A DNA stretch of 35,934 bases, from the NCBI GenBank assembly GCA_016618085.1, contig JABLTG010000183.1, forward strand, positions 1 to 35,934, in the 5' to 3' direction. Each line of letters opens with the position of its first letter. Position 1 is the stretch's first letter. Positions 12,645 through 23,551 of the stretch are shown here, piece after piece. The DNA comes from Neovahlkampfia damariscottae (Eukaryota). The notes beneath the pieces were generated by a model. The model saw only the letters and a program-made list of their open reading frames with translations. It had not been told where the DNA came from and searched no databases. The position numbers were made by a program, and so were the translations under genes.

Positions 12645-13028
12645 ATGAGAATCTCAAAACAACTTCTGAGCATGAAGCAAACAATGATCAAAATATACCA
12701 CAATCCAAAATGCAGCAAAAGTAGAGCTACACTAAAATTAATTGAAGAAAAAGGATTCAAACCTCAAATTGTTGAATATTTAAAAACACCATTGGCTCAA
12801 GAAGAATTATCGAAAATAATTTCACTTCTTTCTGTGAAACCTATTGAAATAATCCGAATAAAAGAACCTATATTCCAAGAATTAAAGTTAGATGTTCAAG
12901 ATGAACAAACAGATTGGCTTCAAATTATCATTAAAAATCCAATTCTTCTCGAAAGACCTATAATCATTGTAAATGACGAAAAAGCTGCCATCGGAAGACC
13001 ACCAGAAAATATATTAAATATTTTGTAA
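12645..13028 (+). CDS. arsC: ArsC-family (glutaredoxin-type) arsenate reductase with a short N-terminal extension
   Basis: IYHNPKCSKSR, VEYLKTP, IIR, PILLERPI and IGRPPE; the catalytic Cys and three Arg are retained. Confidence 0.9.
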   Translation: MRISKQLLSMKQTMIKIYHNPKCSKSRATLKLIEEKGFKPQIVEYLKTPLAQEELSKIISLLSVKPIEIIRIKEPIFQELKLDVQDEQTDWLQIIIKNPILLERPIIIVNDEKAAIGRPPENILNIL

Positions 13029-13080
13029 CTTTTTCAATTTTACTTGTAAAACTCATCTAATTGGTTGGTTTCATTACCAC

Positions 13081-14502
13081 ATGCCCAAAAAAACCACACA
13101 AAAAGCAAAAGTTGAAAAATCATTTAAAACATTGAAAAATCATTTAAAACATTACAACAAAATAGACTCATGTGAACTTGAAGTATTGTTACCAGTTTTT
13201 CTGTGTGTTGAAAATGAATTACAGGTGTTAAATACATTTTTTAAAAATAGAAAATATATAAAGCAATTAAAACTGCTTGAAGATACCAATTCAGAGCAAG
13301 AAGATAAGTTAATTTTTTCAAAAATCAAAAAATACGATAACATCAACCACTTATATTTTTCTGCGTCTTTGTTTAATGGAATAACATATTTATCAGATTT
13401 CATCAAGAACACTAAAAGACTACATGAACTCACAATTGATTGTTTTATACAGTTTGACCACTTTCAACAACTATTTGATGCTTTACTTGTCAATAAAACC
13501 ATAAGAAAGTTGTCCTTTCCAGGTTGTCGTTTGTCAACTGATCATTCCTATATCATTGCAAAATACCTAAAAGATAATGATCATTTGGAATATTTAAATC
13601 TTGAGAGAAATGATATCAACATTGGATTGTACGAAATTAGCAAATCATTAACGAGCAATACTTCATTGACTGAATTGAACTTATCAGCGAACTTTTTAGA
13701 TAAAAAACAAAATATGGGGTTAAAACAAATAATGAAAAATAACAGCACATTGAAAACTTTGGACTTATCAAAAAATGATCTATTTTACTCTTGGAGCTTG
13801 AATGAAACTATTACTTGCATTGATTTGTCTAAAAATTACCAAGAATTCACCAAAAATTTCTTTTTGAATGCAAAATCTTTAAAAAAGCTCACAATCAGCA
13901 AAAATTTGAGCCCAAAAATTTTGGAAGCTATTTTGAAATTACCTTCATTTGAAGATTTGGTCTTGAAAGATTATATTGGACAAGACATTGATATTTTATC
14001 GATACCGTTGCAAAATTCAACAAATTTGAAGCGTTTGGATATTTCAGCTATTGATTTGAAAGGATCAATCAACTTTTATGAATCAAATGTGCCACAAACC
14101 AACTCTCTAACTGAATTACATCTCTTTGATTCATGGGATTGGAAGTACAGAAATGAAATATTCCTAAATTTTTTGAAGAAATTCCCAAATTTGAAAAACC
14201 TCACTATTGAATCAAGTTGTCTTGATAATTTTCCTTTTCGTCAAATTTTATTAGAGAACACAAGTTTGATCACTTTGGATTTTGGAAATGCAGATATTTG
14301 CAAAGAAGATATAGAAGAAATCATGTTGGCATTGAAAGAAAATGAAACCATTACTCAGTTGAGAACATCTAACAGCAAAATGATTGAACCATATTTGAAA
14401 AGAAACAAATGGTGGATAAATTACCGTCAACACTTTCCAATGTACGAAACAATTCAAAAGTCAAACAAAATAAATGGGAATGTGAAGTTTTATTTTCGAT
14501 GA
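13081..14502 (+). CDS. RNI-like leucine-rich repeat protein
   Basis: Repeats such as LEYLNLERNDI, LTELNLSANFL, LKTLDLSKNDL and LITLDFGNADI. Confidence 0.85.
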   Translation: MPKKTTQKAKVEKSFKTLKNHLKHYNKIDSCELEVLLPVFLCVENELQVLNTFFKNRKYIKQLKLLEDTNSEQEDKLIFSKIKKYDNINHLYFSASLFNGITYLSDFIKNTKRLHELTIDCFIQFDHFQQLFDALLVNKTIRKLSFPGCRLSTDHSYIIAKYLKDNDHLEYLNLERNDINIGLYEISKSLTSNTSLTELNLSANFLDKKQNMGLKQIMKNNSTLKTLDLSKNDLFYSWSLNETITCIDLSKNYQEFTKNFFLNAKSLKKLTISKNLSPKILEAILKLPSFEDLVLKDYIGQDIDILSIPLQNSTNLKRLDISAIDLKGSINFYESNVPQTNSLTELHLFDSWDWKYRNEIFLNFLKKFPNLKNLTIESSCLDNFPFRQILLENTSLITLDFGNADICKEDIEEIMLALKENETITQLRTSNSKMIEPYLKRNKWWINYRQHFPMYETIQKSNKINGNVKFYFR

Positions 14503-14595
14503 ATAGATACTGATATTTGTCAAATCAAAAAATAAAAAGTTTCGTTTTGTTAAATCATTTATTCAAACATTGAATTGAGATGCAGCACTCAAGTT

Positions 14596-15831
14596 TCATA
14601 TTTTTGTTTTATTTAGCTGTTTTAAAATGTTCAAAGCTTCTAAATTTCCCAAATTTGATGCCTTCTTCAAATAATCAATTCCCAACTCAATATTTTTTTC
14701 ATTTTTTGAAGATTGAATCAAATTGATTCCCATTAGAAAATAAGCATCTGGATACATCAATTTCATTGAAATTTTCAAGTTTTCTAAATATTTTGATTCA
14801 TCTTTTTCAACACCTTTTCCTTCTAAGTGGAACAAAGCTAGATGATAGTAGATTTCTCCATTTTTTGAATTGATTGAATTACATATTTCAAAAGCTTTCT
14901 TTTCATCTTTTTTTACTCCCTTTCCTTCCTTTAGGTATTTGCTCATCAGAAATAAACTATCAGGATCTTGATTGATGGATATTGATTTTTCCAATAAACT
15001 GAATGCCTTTTTCTCATCTTTTTCGATTCCTAAACCATACATGATCATAAAAGAGAGATAATATAAACAAACTGAAGATTTTGATTCACTTCCATTTTTG
15101 AAGAAATCCAATGATTTTTTATATTCCTTTTTCTCAAAAAAAAGTTTTCCTAATTTTATAGTAGCTTGGATATTCCCTTTTTTTGATGAATTTTTTAAGA
15201 GTTCTATTGCTCGTTTTGAATTTTCTTTCAATAAATTGATACCTAAGAAATATTCACAAAATGAATCATTCATTGAAACACCTTTTTCAAGATATTCTCT
15301 GGCTTTTTTTAAGTCTTTTTGTACATATAAACCTCTTTGGTAATAAGAGGCGATATTATGAAATGCAATCGAATTTTTCTTGTTCACATCTTCATCCAAT
15401 GATTTTATAAAAAATTTAAAAGCATTTTCTTCATCATTCAACAAGTGATATATTTTTCCTATAGAAAAAGAATCAAATGATGTTTTTGATTTGGTTGATA
15501 AGATATGTTTAACTATTGCTTTGAATTTTGTGGACTCATTTATTTTTTCAAAAGCCTCAGCTCTGAATGATAAAGATAGAAGATTTTTAGATGTTTTAGT
15601 TTCTTCTAAAATTCCATTCCAATCTTTTTTAAATCTTAAATTTGACAGTTTTAAATTTTTTTCTTCCATTGTTTCATTGTTTTCAAAATCGGAAAAATAA
15701 TCTGTGAATAAATAAAGAATGGTCCCAATAAAGGAAACAAAAATGATAATTCCTCCATTTTTAAATAGTATATTCACCAAGAAATCAATATTTTCATTCA
15801 CCGGTTTTTCATTTGGTTTGAGAATGTTCAT
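14596..15831 (-). CDS. Sel1-like repeat protein with N-terminal TM anchor
   Basis: Repeats such as YQRGLYVQKDLKKAREYL, GLGIEKDEKKAF, GKGVKKDEKKAF and ASNLGNLEA. Confidence 0.88.
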   Translation of the reverse strand: MNILKPNEKPVNENIDFLVNILFKNGGIIIFVSFIGTILYLFTDYFSDFENNETMEEKNLKLSNLRFKKDWNGILEETKTSKNLLSLSFRAEAFEKINESTKFKAIVKHILSTKSKTSFDSFSIGKIYHLLNDEENAFKFFIKSLDEDVNKKNSIAFHNIASYYQRGLYVQKDLKKAREYLEKGVSMNDSFCEYFLGINLLKENSKRAIELLKNSSKKGNIQATIKLGKLFFEKKEYKKSLDFFKNGSESKSSVCLYYLSFMIMYGLGIEKDEKKAFSLLEKSISINQDPDSLFLMSKYLKEGKGVKKDEKKAFEICNSINSKNGEIYYHLALFHLEGKGVEKDESKYLENLKISMKLMYPDAYFLMGINLIQSSKNEKNIELGIDYLKKASNLGNLEALNILKQLNKTKI

Positions 15832-16014
15832 GACTTGTCAAAAAATGATTGGACAGAAATTTCAACACAATTTTTTTTACAGACCATACTTCAAAATTCA
15901 ATTTTAAATTTTAAAGTATTTTTCATTTCAAATTGCTCCTTCAGCTGTAGAATTGAAGCTGAATTTCATTGGTCAATTTTTCTATAAAAACTCAAATGAA
16001 TTTGAGAAAAATGC

Positions 16015-17316
16015 ATGACAGAAAACTTATACCTCAATGTTGGATCCACAACACAAATCAATTATCAAACAGAATATTTTGAAAATGACTCAAAAGAGTC
16101 TGAAATCAAAGAAACAGTAAGAAAAGGAACTTTTTTCAGTTCTTTTTTCAACTTGACAAATACCACCGTTGGAGGTGGAACTTTAACTTTACCATTAGCA
16201 ATTAGGCAATGTGGGTTAGGTCTTGGACTATTGTTGTTTTTCCTTGTTGGAGCACTTGCTTTTTACACATTTCATTGTGTGTTAAAAGGCTGTGAAGACA
16301 ATAAAAAACTCACGAATCAAGAAATTTATCAGGAATCATTTGGAAGATTTAGTTATATTTTAGATGTTTTTTACTTCAGTCTTTGTTTTGGAGGCATTTG
16401 TATGTACTTAAATATAATTGGAACTTCAATGTCACTTCAATTCCATCAATGGTTTGGAAATATTGCAATAGCTGATAAATATGTAATTTCAGCGATTGTT
16501 TTATGTTTAATATTGATTCCTCTTTGCTTGTTGAAAGATATTTCATATTTAGGCTACACAAGTTCATTTTCAATTTTCAGTATTTTATTTGTTGATTTTG
16601 TGATCATTATAAAATTCATTGAAAAAATGACAACGACTGGAATCAATACAAATAACTTGGTTTTCTTTAATGTTGGTTCATTTGAAAATGTAACAATGAT
16701 CTTCTCAGTAATTGGAAGTTTCTTTTTTTCATTTATTTCACAATACAACATCATACCAATATACAAAGAATTAAAAAATAGATCAAAAATCAAAATGATA
16801 GGAATTATTTCATCATCCATACTCACATCTGGAGTGATTTATTTACTCTCAGCAGTTTTAGGATACTTCATATTCTTAGATACAGATATGAACTTATTAA
16901 AAGGAAATGTACTTGACAACTTTTCTCAAACTGATATTTTAGCATCAATTTCAAAATTTTTAGTGATTATTGTCATTATACTTTCCTATCCAGTTATTCA
17001 TTTTACTGCACGTGGATCATTAATGAATGTCATTCCTGCAACTGAATTTTCATCCGAAATCATTACTTTGGTTTTATGTGGAAGTTCATTCATCATTGGC
17101 CTTGGAATTCCAGATGTCATGCTATTAATGAATTTATCAGTATCAGTTTCAGGACTTTTAGGATGTTTTTGTTTTCCTATTTTATTGCATTTCTTAAAAT
17201 TCAAAAGTTGGTGGACAAGAATTCCAAACTTAATGTTAATGTTGATTGTCATTGGAATTTCTATTTTTTCATTCACCCAAAGTCTCCTTGAGTTGATTCA
17301 ATACATTTGGAAATAA
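16015..17316 (+). CDS. Amino acid transporter (Aa_trans / SLC38-AVT family)
   Basis: FNLTNTTVGGGTLTLPLA, PLCLLKDIS, FSFISQYNIIPIYKEL and SYP; about 11 TM segments. Confidence 0.92.
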   Translation: MTENLYLNVGSTTQINYQTEYFENDSKESEIKETVRKGTFFSSFFNLTNTTVGGGTLTLPLAIRQCGLGLGLLLFFLVGALAFYTFHCVLKGCEDNKKLTNQEIYQESFGRFSYILDVFYFSLCFGGICMYLNIIGTSMSLQFHQWFGNIAIADKYVISAIVLCLILIPLCLLKDISYLGYTSSFSIFSILFVDFVIIIKFIEKMTTTGINTNNLVFFNVGSFENVTMIFSVIGSFFFSFISQYNIIPIYKELKNRSKIKMIGIISSSILTSGVIYLLSAVLGYFIFLDTDMNLLKGNVLDNFSQTDILASISKFLVIIVIILSYPVIHFTARGSLMNVIPATEFSSEIITLVLCGSSFIIGLGIPDVMLLMNLSVSVSGLLGCFCFPILLHFLKFKSWWTRIPNLMLMLIVIGISIFSFTQSLLELIQYIWK

Positions 17317-17362
17317 AAATTCATTGGAACAAAAAGTCACTTTTTAAACAAAACGAAATTAA

Positions 17363-18349
17363 TCATTGATGTTTTATTGAGTTAAAAAAATCCACTTCAT
17401 CATTATCTTTATCAGATGAATGACTAAAAAAACTCCCTAACAGTACCTCAGATAAACTTTTCCTTCTCTGTCTGGTAGTGGTATTTTCACCAGGTGAGTT
17501 CTTTTTTGCTTTTGTGTGTTCATCTGAAGGACTTGGAGTCATTGTCTCACCTCTTGGAGACAAAACGGGAGGTGATCCAATATCCCTTCTTAACACTTCT
17601 AACTCTTCAATTTTTCTCATTTTGTATACAACTGCTTGATGAAATATCGCTTGAAAAACTTCTTCAACTTTCTTTGTGTTTTTACAATCAATTTTAAAAT
17701 TCCATGGATTTTCTTCATTAAACCTTTCAACTTTTAAATTATCTTTGGCGAATAACAATAAATCTTTATCTGTGATTGTCTCAACTTCAATCAAATCTGT
17801 TTTTGTTCCAACTGAAAAAAAAATTTTTAGTGAAAAAAAGTTTAAATATTTTTACCTAAAACAATAGGAAAATAAGGAGTTTTTGGGTTGACGAAATGAT
17901 TTTCTTTGCTTTTGACATTTTCAATTGCTTTTGCAATTTTTTTTAATGATTTTAAACTTTCTAAGTCATTTGAGTCATAAACTAAAATAATTGCATCACT
18001 ATCTATAATCCATTGGTTCCAAAATGAATTTAAAGGAAATAAACCGGATTGATTTCCACCTGTGTCATGTATTGATAAATCTAAAAGTTGATTAACATTT
18101 TTTACTCGCAGAAGTGTTGAATATCGATCAAAAACGGTAGGAATATATTCTTTTTTCATGCTTCCATCCAAAAAAGTTGATACTAAACCTAAAAAAAATA
18201 AGTTGGTTTTGAATTTTTCTACTCGTTTTTCCAACGTTTTTATCGCCCATTATGGTCACAGAAATTTGTATTTCTGCATCTTTATCTTCTTGTAATTTTC
18301 CTACAAATCCAGAGAATAATTTAGTGTTATTCAGTTCCAATTCAGTCAT
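17363..18349 (-). CDS. Atypical Rho/Ras-like small GTPase; introns 18189-18222 and 17812-17855
   Basis: After splicing: G1 GDKNVGKTS, G2 YIPTVFD, G3 DTGGNQ, G4 VGTKTDL. It has a long Ser/basic tail and no CAAX. Confidence 0.82.
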
Positions 18350-18412
18350 CCAAGCAAACCAACAGAAAAAAAAAATGAACAATATGATTGGATAATAATT
18401 TTTATCCTAAAT

Positions 18413-19737
18413 TTATTGAGATTTCTTTAACTCTTCCAAAAATTTCTTCACTTTTTTTTCACCAACTTGCAAATCAAATTTAAAGTCATTTGTCCATTTT
18501 GGTAAATTTTTGGTTTCAAATTCATAATCACCATTCTCACTGAAATATTTGAATGCATGTAAATTGATCATCATTGAAGATGTATCAGGATTTTGTATTT
18601 CTTTTATTGGATCAACTTCTTTTATGTTGAAATTTTCATCAAAATTTTCTTCCCAATAATTTTCCTTCTTTACTATTTTATTTTCATGGAAATCATCATT
18701 GATTATAACTAAATTCAAAGATTTCAAATGTTGTCTTAATTGATGTGTTCGTCCCTTTGAATTGTTAATTCTTTGAAAATGTGTTACTGTTTGAGGTGCA
18801 CAGAAAATCAATGTTGATTCAGTTTTTTCATCATAGCCGAGTGATAGAAATATGGTTTCAGCACTTTTAAGATAGGAAGAAGATGGAAGAGATTTCTTTA
18901 ATTCTTCAAGTTTTTTGTCATTTTCTACAAATCTCCATCTTGCTCTCCTTGCATCTTCCAAATACAGGAATTTATCAACCAATAAAATCTCATCAGGTTT
19001 TAAATATCCAGAGACTCTTGCAAGATAATATTTTTTGAATTTCCCATTCTCAATTAATTTTCCTATTTTCGTAACCATTTTTGTATTCTTTGCGAATATC
19101 AAAACACCTGTTGTTACTCGATCTAAACGATGAGTCAATTTCAAATCAAATTCAATTCCAAATTCTTCTTTTAATAAATAATCCAATGAATTCTTTCTAT
19201 ATCTACCGCTAGAATGCACAGGAACCGAACAAGGTTCTAAAATAAAATTGTCAAATCAAAACAGTTCTCATACTATTAATAACGAATAAATCATCATCTT
19301 CAAATATGACCTCAATTTCATCAAAATATAAAGAAACAGGTTCAAGAATATTACCATTTGTATACTGACATTTATCACCATTTTTTATGACATAATCATT
19401 TTTCACCTCTTTGTAATTGACCTACACAAATAATTACATTATTTTTGTTCAAACTTTAATTAGACCTTTTGAGATCATTTTTGAACAAATTTCTTTTGGA
19501 ACTGAATATTCTTTGGAATATACTTCTACTAACTCTTTTTCAAACCACCTACCTTTGCAAAATCCATCATGAACAAATTCCTAAGAATTTTTGTTTAAAA
19601 ACTCTATGTTGTTTTACGTATGGAACTACATATCTGAAACCATTATGAATAATGAATTCTTTTGTTTTTTTTCCAAAAATTGAGAAATGTTTCTTTGGTA
19701 AATTTAACGTAGTTTGTGAGTACAGTCTTTTGCTCAT
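18413..19737 (-). CDS. RluA-family pseudouridine synthase, probably mitochondrial; introns 19581-19617, 19422-19454, 19237-19273, 18755-18787
   Basis: NKPCSVPVHSSGRY, HRLDRVTTGV, KYYLARV, PQT|GRTHQLR and LHA; basic Ser/Thr-rich N-terminus. Confidence 0.9.
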
Positions 19738-19902
19738 TTAAAAAAAGAAATGATTGGTCGTTTTTTTAGAATAGTAATTATCTCTTTGAAATACTTATCT
19801 TCATGATGAATTAAAATCAGTATGTCTTGTTTTCGGTTTTCGAATTTTTCTGTTCTAAACTGGCCAATCATGGACACCCAATATTAACCACTTTCGTTGA
19901 AG

Positions 19903-21375
19903 ATGACCAACAAAGGATTTGACTTCAAGCAATTTGTTCTTCATTTTGACTCCGTATTTTCAAACCAAGAGATAGGAAAAGAGTTTCATTCATTCCTGAA
20001 GACAGAATTCAATGAAGAGCCGTGGTTGTTTCTTTGTGAAGTAAAAAAGTTACAAGAAGGAAAACAACTCGTGACAAAAACATTGGAAATTATTGAAAAT
20101 CACCTTTTAGAATCTTCAAAATATGAAATTAACGTCAGTGGAAAAGTCAAATTTCCAGTGCTCAAAGATTTTGAATCACAAAAAAACAATTTGGAAGAAT
20201 GGATGTTTGATGCCACTCCGGATAAATTATTTGATGAAATATGTAAAATAATAAAGGATGAGCTCTATCATGACCCTTGGAAAAGATTTTTAAGAACAAA
20301 AGTTTGTGAGAAAATTATATTCAAATATCAAAATGATTCAATGATCTGTTCTCCACAAATTACAGAAAAATTCAATTACACTGATGAATATTTTCAACAC
20401 CGATTTATTTTCAAACAGGATTTCGATTTTGGTGAAGAACTTATGAAAGATAACTTTCAATGGGAGGTAACTAAAAAAAAGAAATTTCACACATGTAGTT
20501 GATGGGTTCACATGTCGAAGGAAAGATGAATACTTACTATTCAAATTTAAATTATTTACCAGGCTTAAAATTCTCCAGTAACCTTCATGTAATGAAACAT
20601 GAAATCATTTTAGAGATGGATTTTCAACAAGTACTTTTGTCACTTGGGACTAGAAGATCTGTGAATAAAAATGATCCAAATATCACTAAAATAGATTCTA
20701 TAGATTATTATCATGAAAAAGAATTGAAGAAATTATATTTTGATAAAGGATGGGACGAAGAAGCTCATGGAGTGAACTACGATCTGACAACTAACACTTT
20801 TGACCTCATTTTTCCATTTCCTTTGAATGGAAGAAAGATATATCAGTCGAATGCTAAAACTTATGATCCAAAAACACGAACCATTTTATCAGTTAGCAAG
20901 CCATTTGTTCCAGATGGTCTTCAATTCTTAAAATCTTCTATGATTGATGTTTGTCCAAAATTAGGAATGCCACCAAAAAAAATGAAAGTATATCCAATGT
21001 TTGGATTTGTATTTATGAAATACCAAAAACTAGACGAGAAAAAAACACTTTTTTCACAAGTAATTGAATCATCATTGTTAAACTCAAAAAATTTAGGTTC
21101 ACATTTTAGATGTTGGTGGATGGTCAAGGAATCAGAAATTATTTAAACTTGTTGCCAAATCTAGGGGTTCTAAATTCAGAGAAAATATGAGCAATTTAGA
21201 AACTGGTTTTCCTGATGGTTCCACTATTGAAGAAAATAAAGAAGAATTGGTCAAAGAAGAGAATGGAATTCCAGTGGACGGATTTGGAAAATTGCTTTAT
21301 TATTTAAAAATTGAAGAAAAAGAACAAATCTTTGAGAAAACTCGTTCAAAAAGGGTTCAATCCATCATCCAATAA
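19903..21375 (+). CDS. RGS domain + START-like domain protein, copy 1; introns 20467-20498 and 21060-21096
   Basis: RGS: FHSFLKTEFNEEPWLF, YEINVSG, DPWKRF. START-like: FPFPLNGR, SVSKP, SQ|VHILDVGGW. Confidence 0.8.
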
Positions 21376-21871
21376 AAACATTTATCACTTAATTTCTCAT
21401 GACTCAGAAGTTTGACCACAAAAATTTTGTTCTTCACTTTGATGCTGTCTTCGTAAAGTCTGATATCTCAAAAGAGTTTCATGAGTTTCTGAAAACAGAG
21501 TTCAACCAAGAACCATGGAATTTCTTGTTGGAAGTTAAAAACTTGACAGAATCAAAAAATTTTATTATAAAGACTTTAGAAATCATAGAAAAGTATTTAT
21601 TAGATTCTTCTAATTCGGAAATTAATCTGTCTGGAAAATCTAAAGAAAAAATTTTGAAGCATTACCAATCACAAAAAAACAATTTGGAAGAATGGATGTT
21701 TGAAGATTCTCCAGAATTACTATTTGAAGAAATATCTCGGATAGTGAAACATGAGATGTATCATGATCCTTGGAAAAGATTTTTAAGAACAAAAGTTTGT
21801 GAGAAAATTATATTCAAATATCAAAATGATTCAATGATCTGTTCTCCACAAATTACAGAAAAATTCAATTA
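20275..21871 (+). repeat. 104-nt identical tract shared by the paralogues (20275-20378 and 21768-21871)
   Basis: Base-by-base comparison from ccttggaaaag to ttcaatta shows no mismatch. Confidence 0.9.
21369..21376 (+). promoter_or_regulatory. CCAATAAA: overlapping CCAAT box, stop codon and poly(A) signal
   Basis: The copy-1 stop ends at 21375 and the copy-2 ATG is at 21399. This is the only CCAAT near the second start. Confidence 0.55.
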
Positions 21872-22860
21872 TACTGATGAATATTTTGAACATCCATTTA
21901 TTTACAAGCAGGATTTTAAATTTTCTGAAGAACTGATGAAGGATAGCTTTGATTGGGAGGTATCATCATTGAAAAAAAATAAATTCATTTTTAGTTGATA
22001 GGAAGGCATGATGAAAGTGAAATGAATACTTATTTTTCAAAATTGAATTATTTACCAGGTGTGAAACTGTCCAAAAATGCCAAAGCACTGAAATTTGAAT
22101 GTGTAATACCTATTTCACTTCAGAGATTTGTTTTGTCTTACTCAACATTTGAAAGCGCATCAAAATCAGATCCAAACATCACAAGGATGGAATCATTGGG
22201 ATATTACGAGTACGAAACTCTCAGAGAAAAATTCAAAGAAAAAGGAATTGAAGAAAATTTAGCAAATTTTCAACACAACTTGATGATTGGTGTTGCGGAT
22301 GTAGTATTCTCATATCCTTTAAATCCTAGAGTTTCTTATCAAGCAACAACAATGACTTATGATCCAGAAACACAAACTCTAATAGCAACTGGAAAACCAT
22401 TCATGCACGATGGGATAAGATTTAATGAACCAATTCAGTTAGAAGTATGTCCAAAAACAGGTTCTCCAATGAAAAAAATGAAAGTCTACCCTTTTTTTGA
22501 TTTCTTTTTCTTGAAATATCAACAAATTGATGAAGAGAAAGTGCTTTTTTCACAAGTAAGCGTTTCCAAAATTAGATTTACTTTCAGGTTCATATCATGG
22601 ATTCAGGTGGTTGGACAAACAATGACGCAATCATCAAGATGATTGCTAAATCAAGAGGAAACAAATTCAGAGAAACATTGACAAATTTAATCAAAGAATG
22701 GCCTGAAAAAGCAAAAATAGAGGAATACAAGGAGATGATTTGTAAATTAAAAGAAAATGGGAATTATTCAGATGGACTGGGTAAATTATTATATGACCTC
22801 AAGATTGATGAAAAAAATGAAGAATTCCGTAAAAAACGAAATGAAAATCTGCTTGAATAA
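21399..22860 (+). CDS. RGS domain + START-like domain protein, copy 2 (tandem paralogue); introns 21960-21994 and 22556-22587
   Basis: Colinear with copy 1 and has the same intron positions; FSYPLNPR and SQ|VHIMDSGGW. Confidence 0.8.
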
Positions 22861-23018
22861 ACTTGGTGTTTTCATTTACACTAAGTCAGGTTTTATTGGA
22901 TATGCATTCCTGGTGTAACTGACAGAATTATAGTTTTTTAGCTTTGGAAAAATTAACTGAAAATTTCCAACAGCACTTATAAATAGATCAAAATCATTGG
23001 TGGATCAGCTTTGGAAAT

Positions 23019-23279
23019 ATGAACTTGAAAGTAATCATATTGTTTATGATATTCGCTATTACTCAAAGTGGGCCTATTGCCGCAGGATCTGCTGTATCAA
23101 TGTGCTACACTTCATGCAATGTAGCATACATCACTTGCATGGGATCCTTGGGATTCACTCCATTTGGATGGTGGGCATGGGTTTCTGGAGGACCTGTTGC
23201 TTGTTCATTAGTTCAAGGTGCTTGTATGTCTGCCTGCACTACTGTTGGACTCTCATTTGTAGCTGCTCCTACTCCATAA
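23019..23279 (+). CDS. Small secreted cysteine-rich protein (zygote-specific class V-like / fungal Cys-rich family)
   Basis: Signal peptide, then GP...CYTSCN....C, CS..QGACM.AC and C-terminal APTP. Confidence 0.75.
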   Translation: MNLKVIILFMIFAITQSGPIAAGSAVSMCYTSCNVAYITCMGSLGFTPFGWWAWVSGGPVACSLVQGACMSACTTVGLSFVAAPTP

Positions 23280-23551
23280 ATCCAATAATAAATTCTTGGT
23301 TTTTTTTAAGATTTTTTCCATTTTGAATTGTTTGGATTTGATTTTATTCGAACTTTTGGTTTGCTTTCCTAATTTTGTGATTTTATGGTTTGAGTTTTTT
23401 ATCTTTTGACATTTCTGTCTTTATAACTTTTTTCCTATCAATATGAATACATTATCAATACCATACAATTCTTGACAGATTTTTTTCAGTGTGTATGTTT
23501 CTATTGTTCGAAACAACCACTTGTTGTTTGAACCAATCAATTTGATTTTTA

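Noticed and set aside
10735..13028. Bacterial contig or operon (ectD, arsC)
   Set aside because: The genes are interleaved with an intron-containing gene and carry host promoter motifs, with no Shine-Dalgarno or operon layout.
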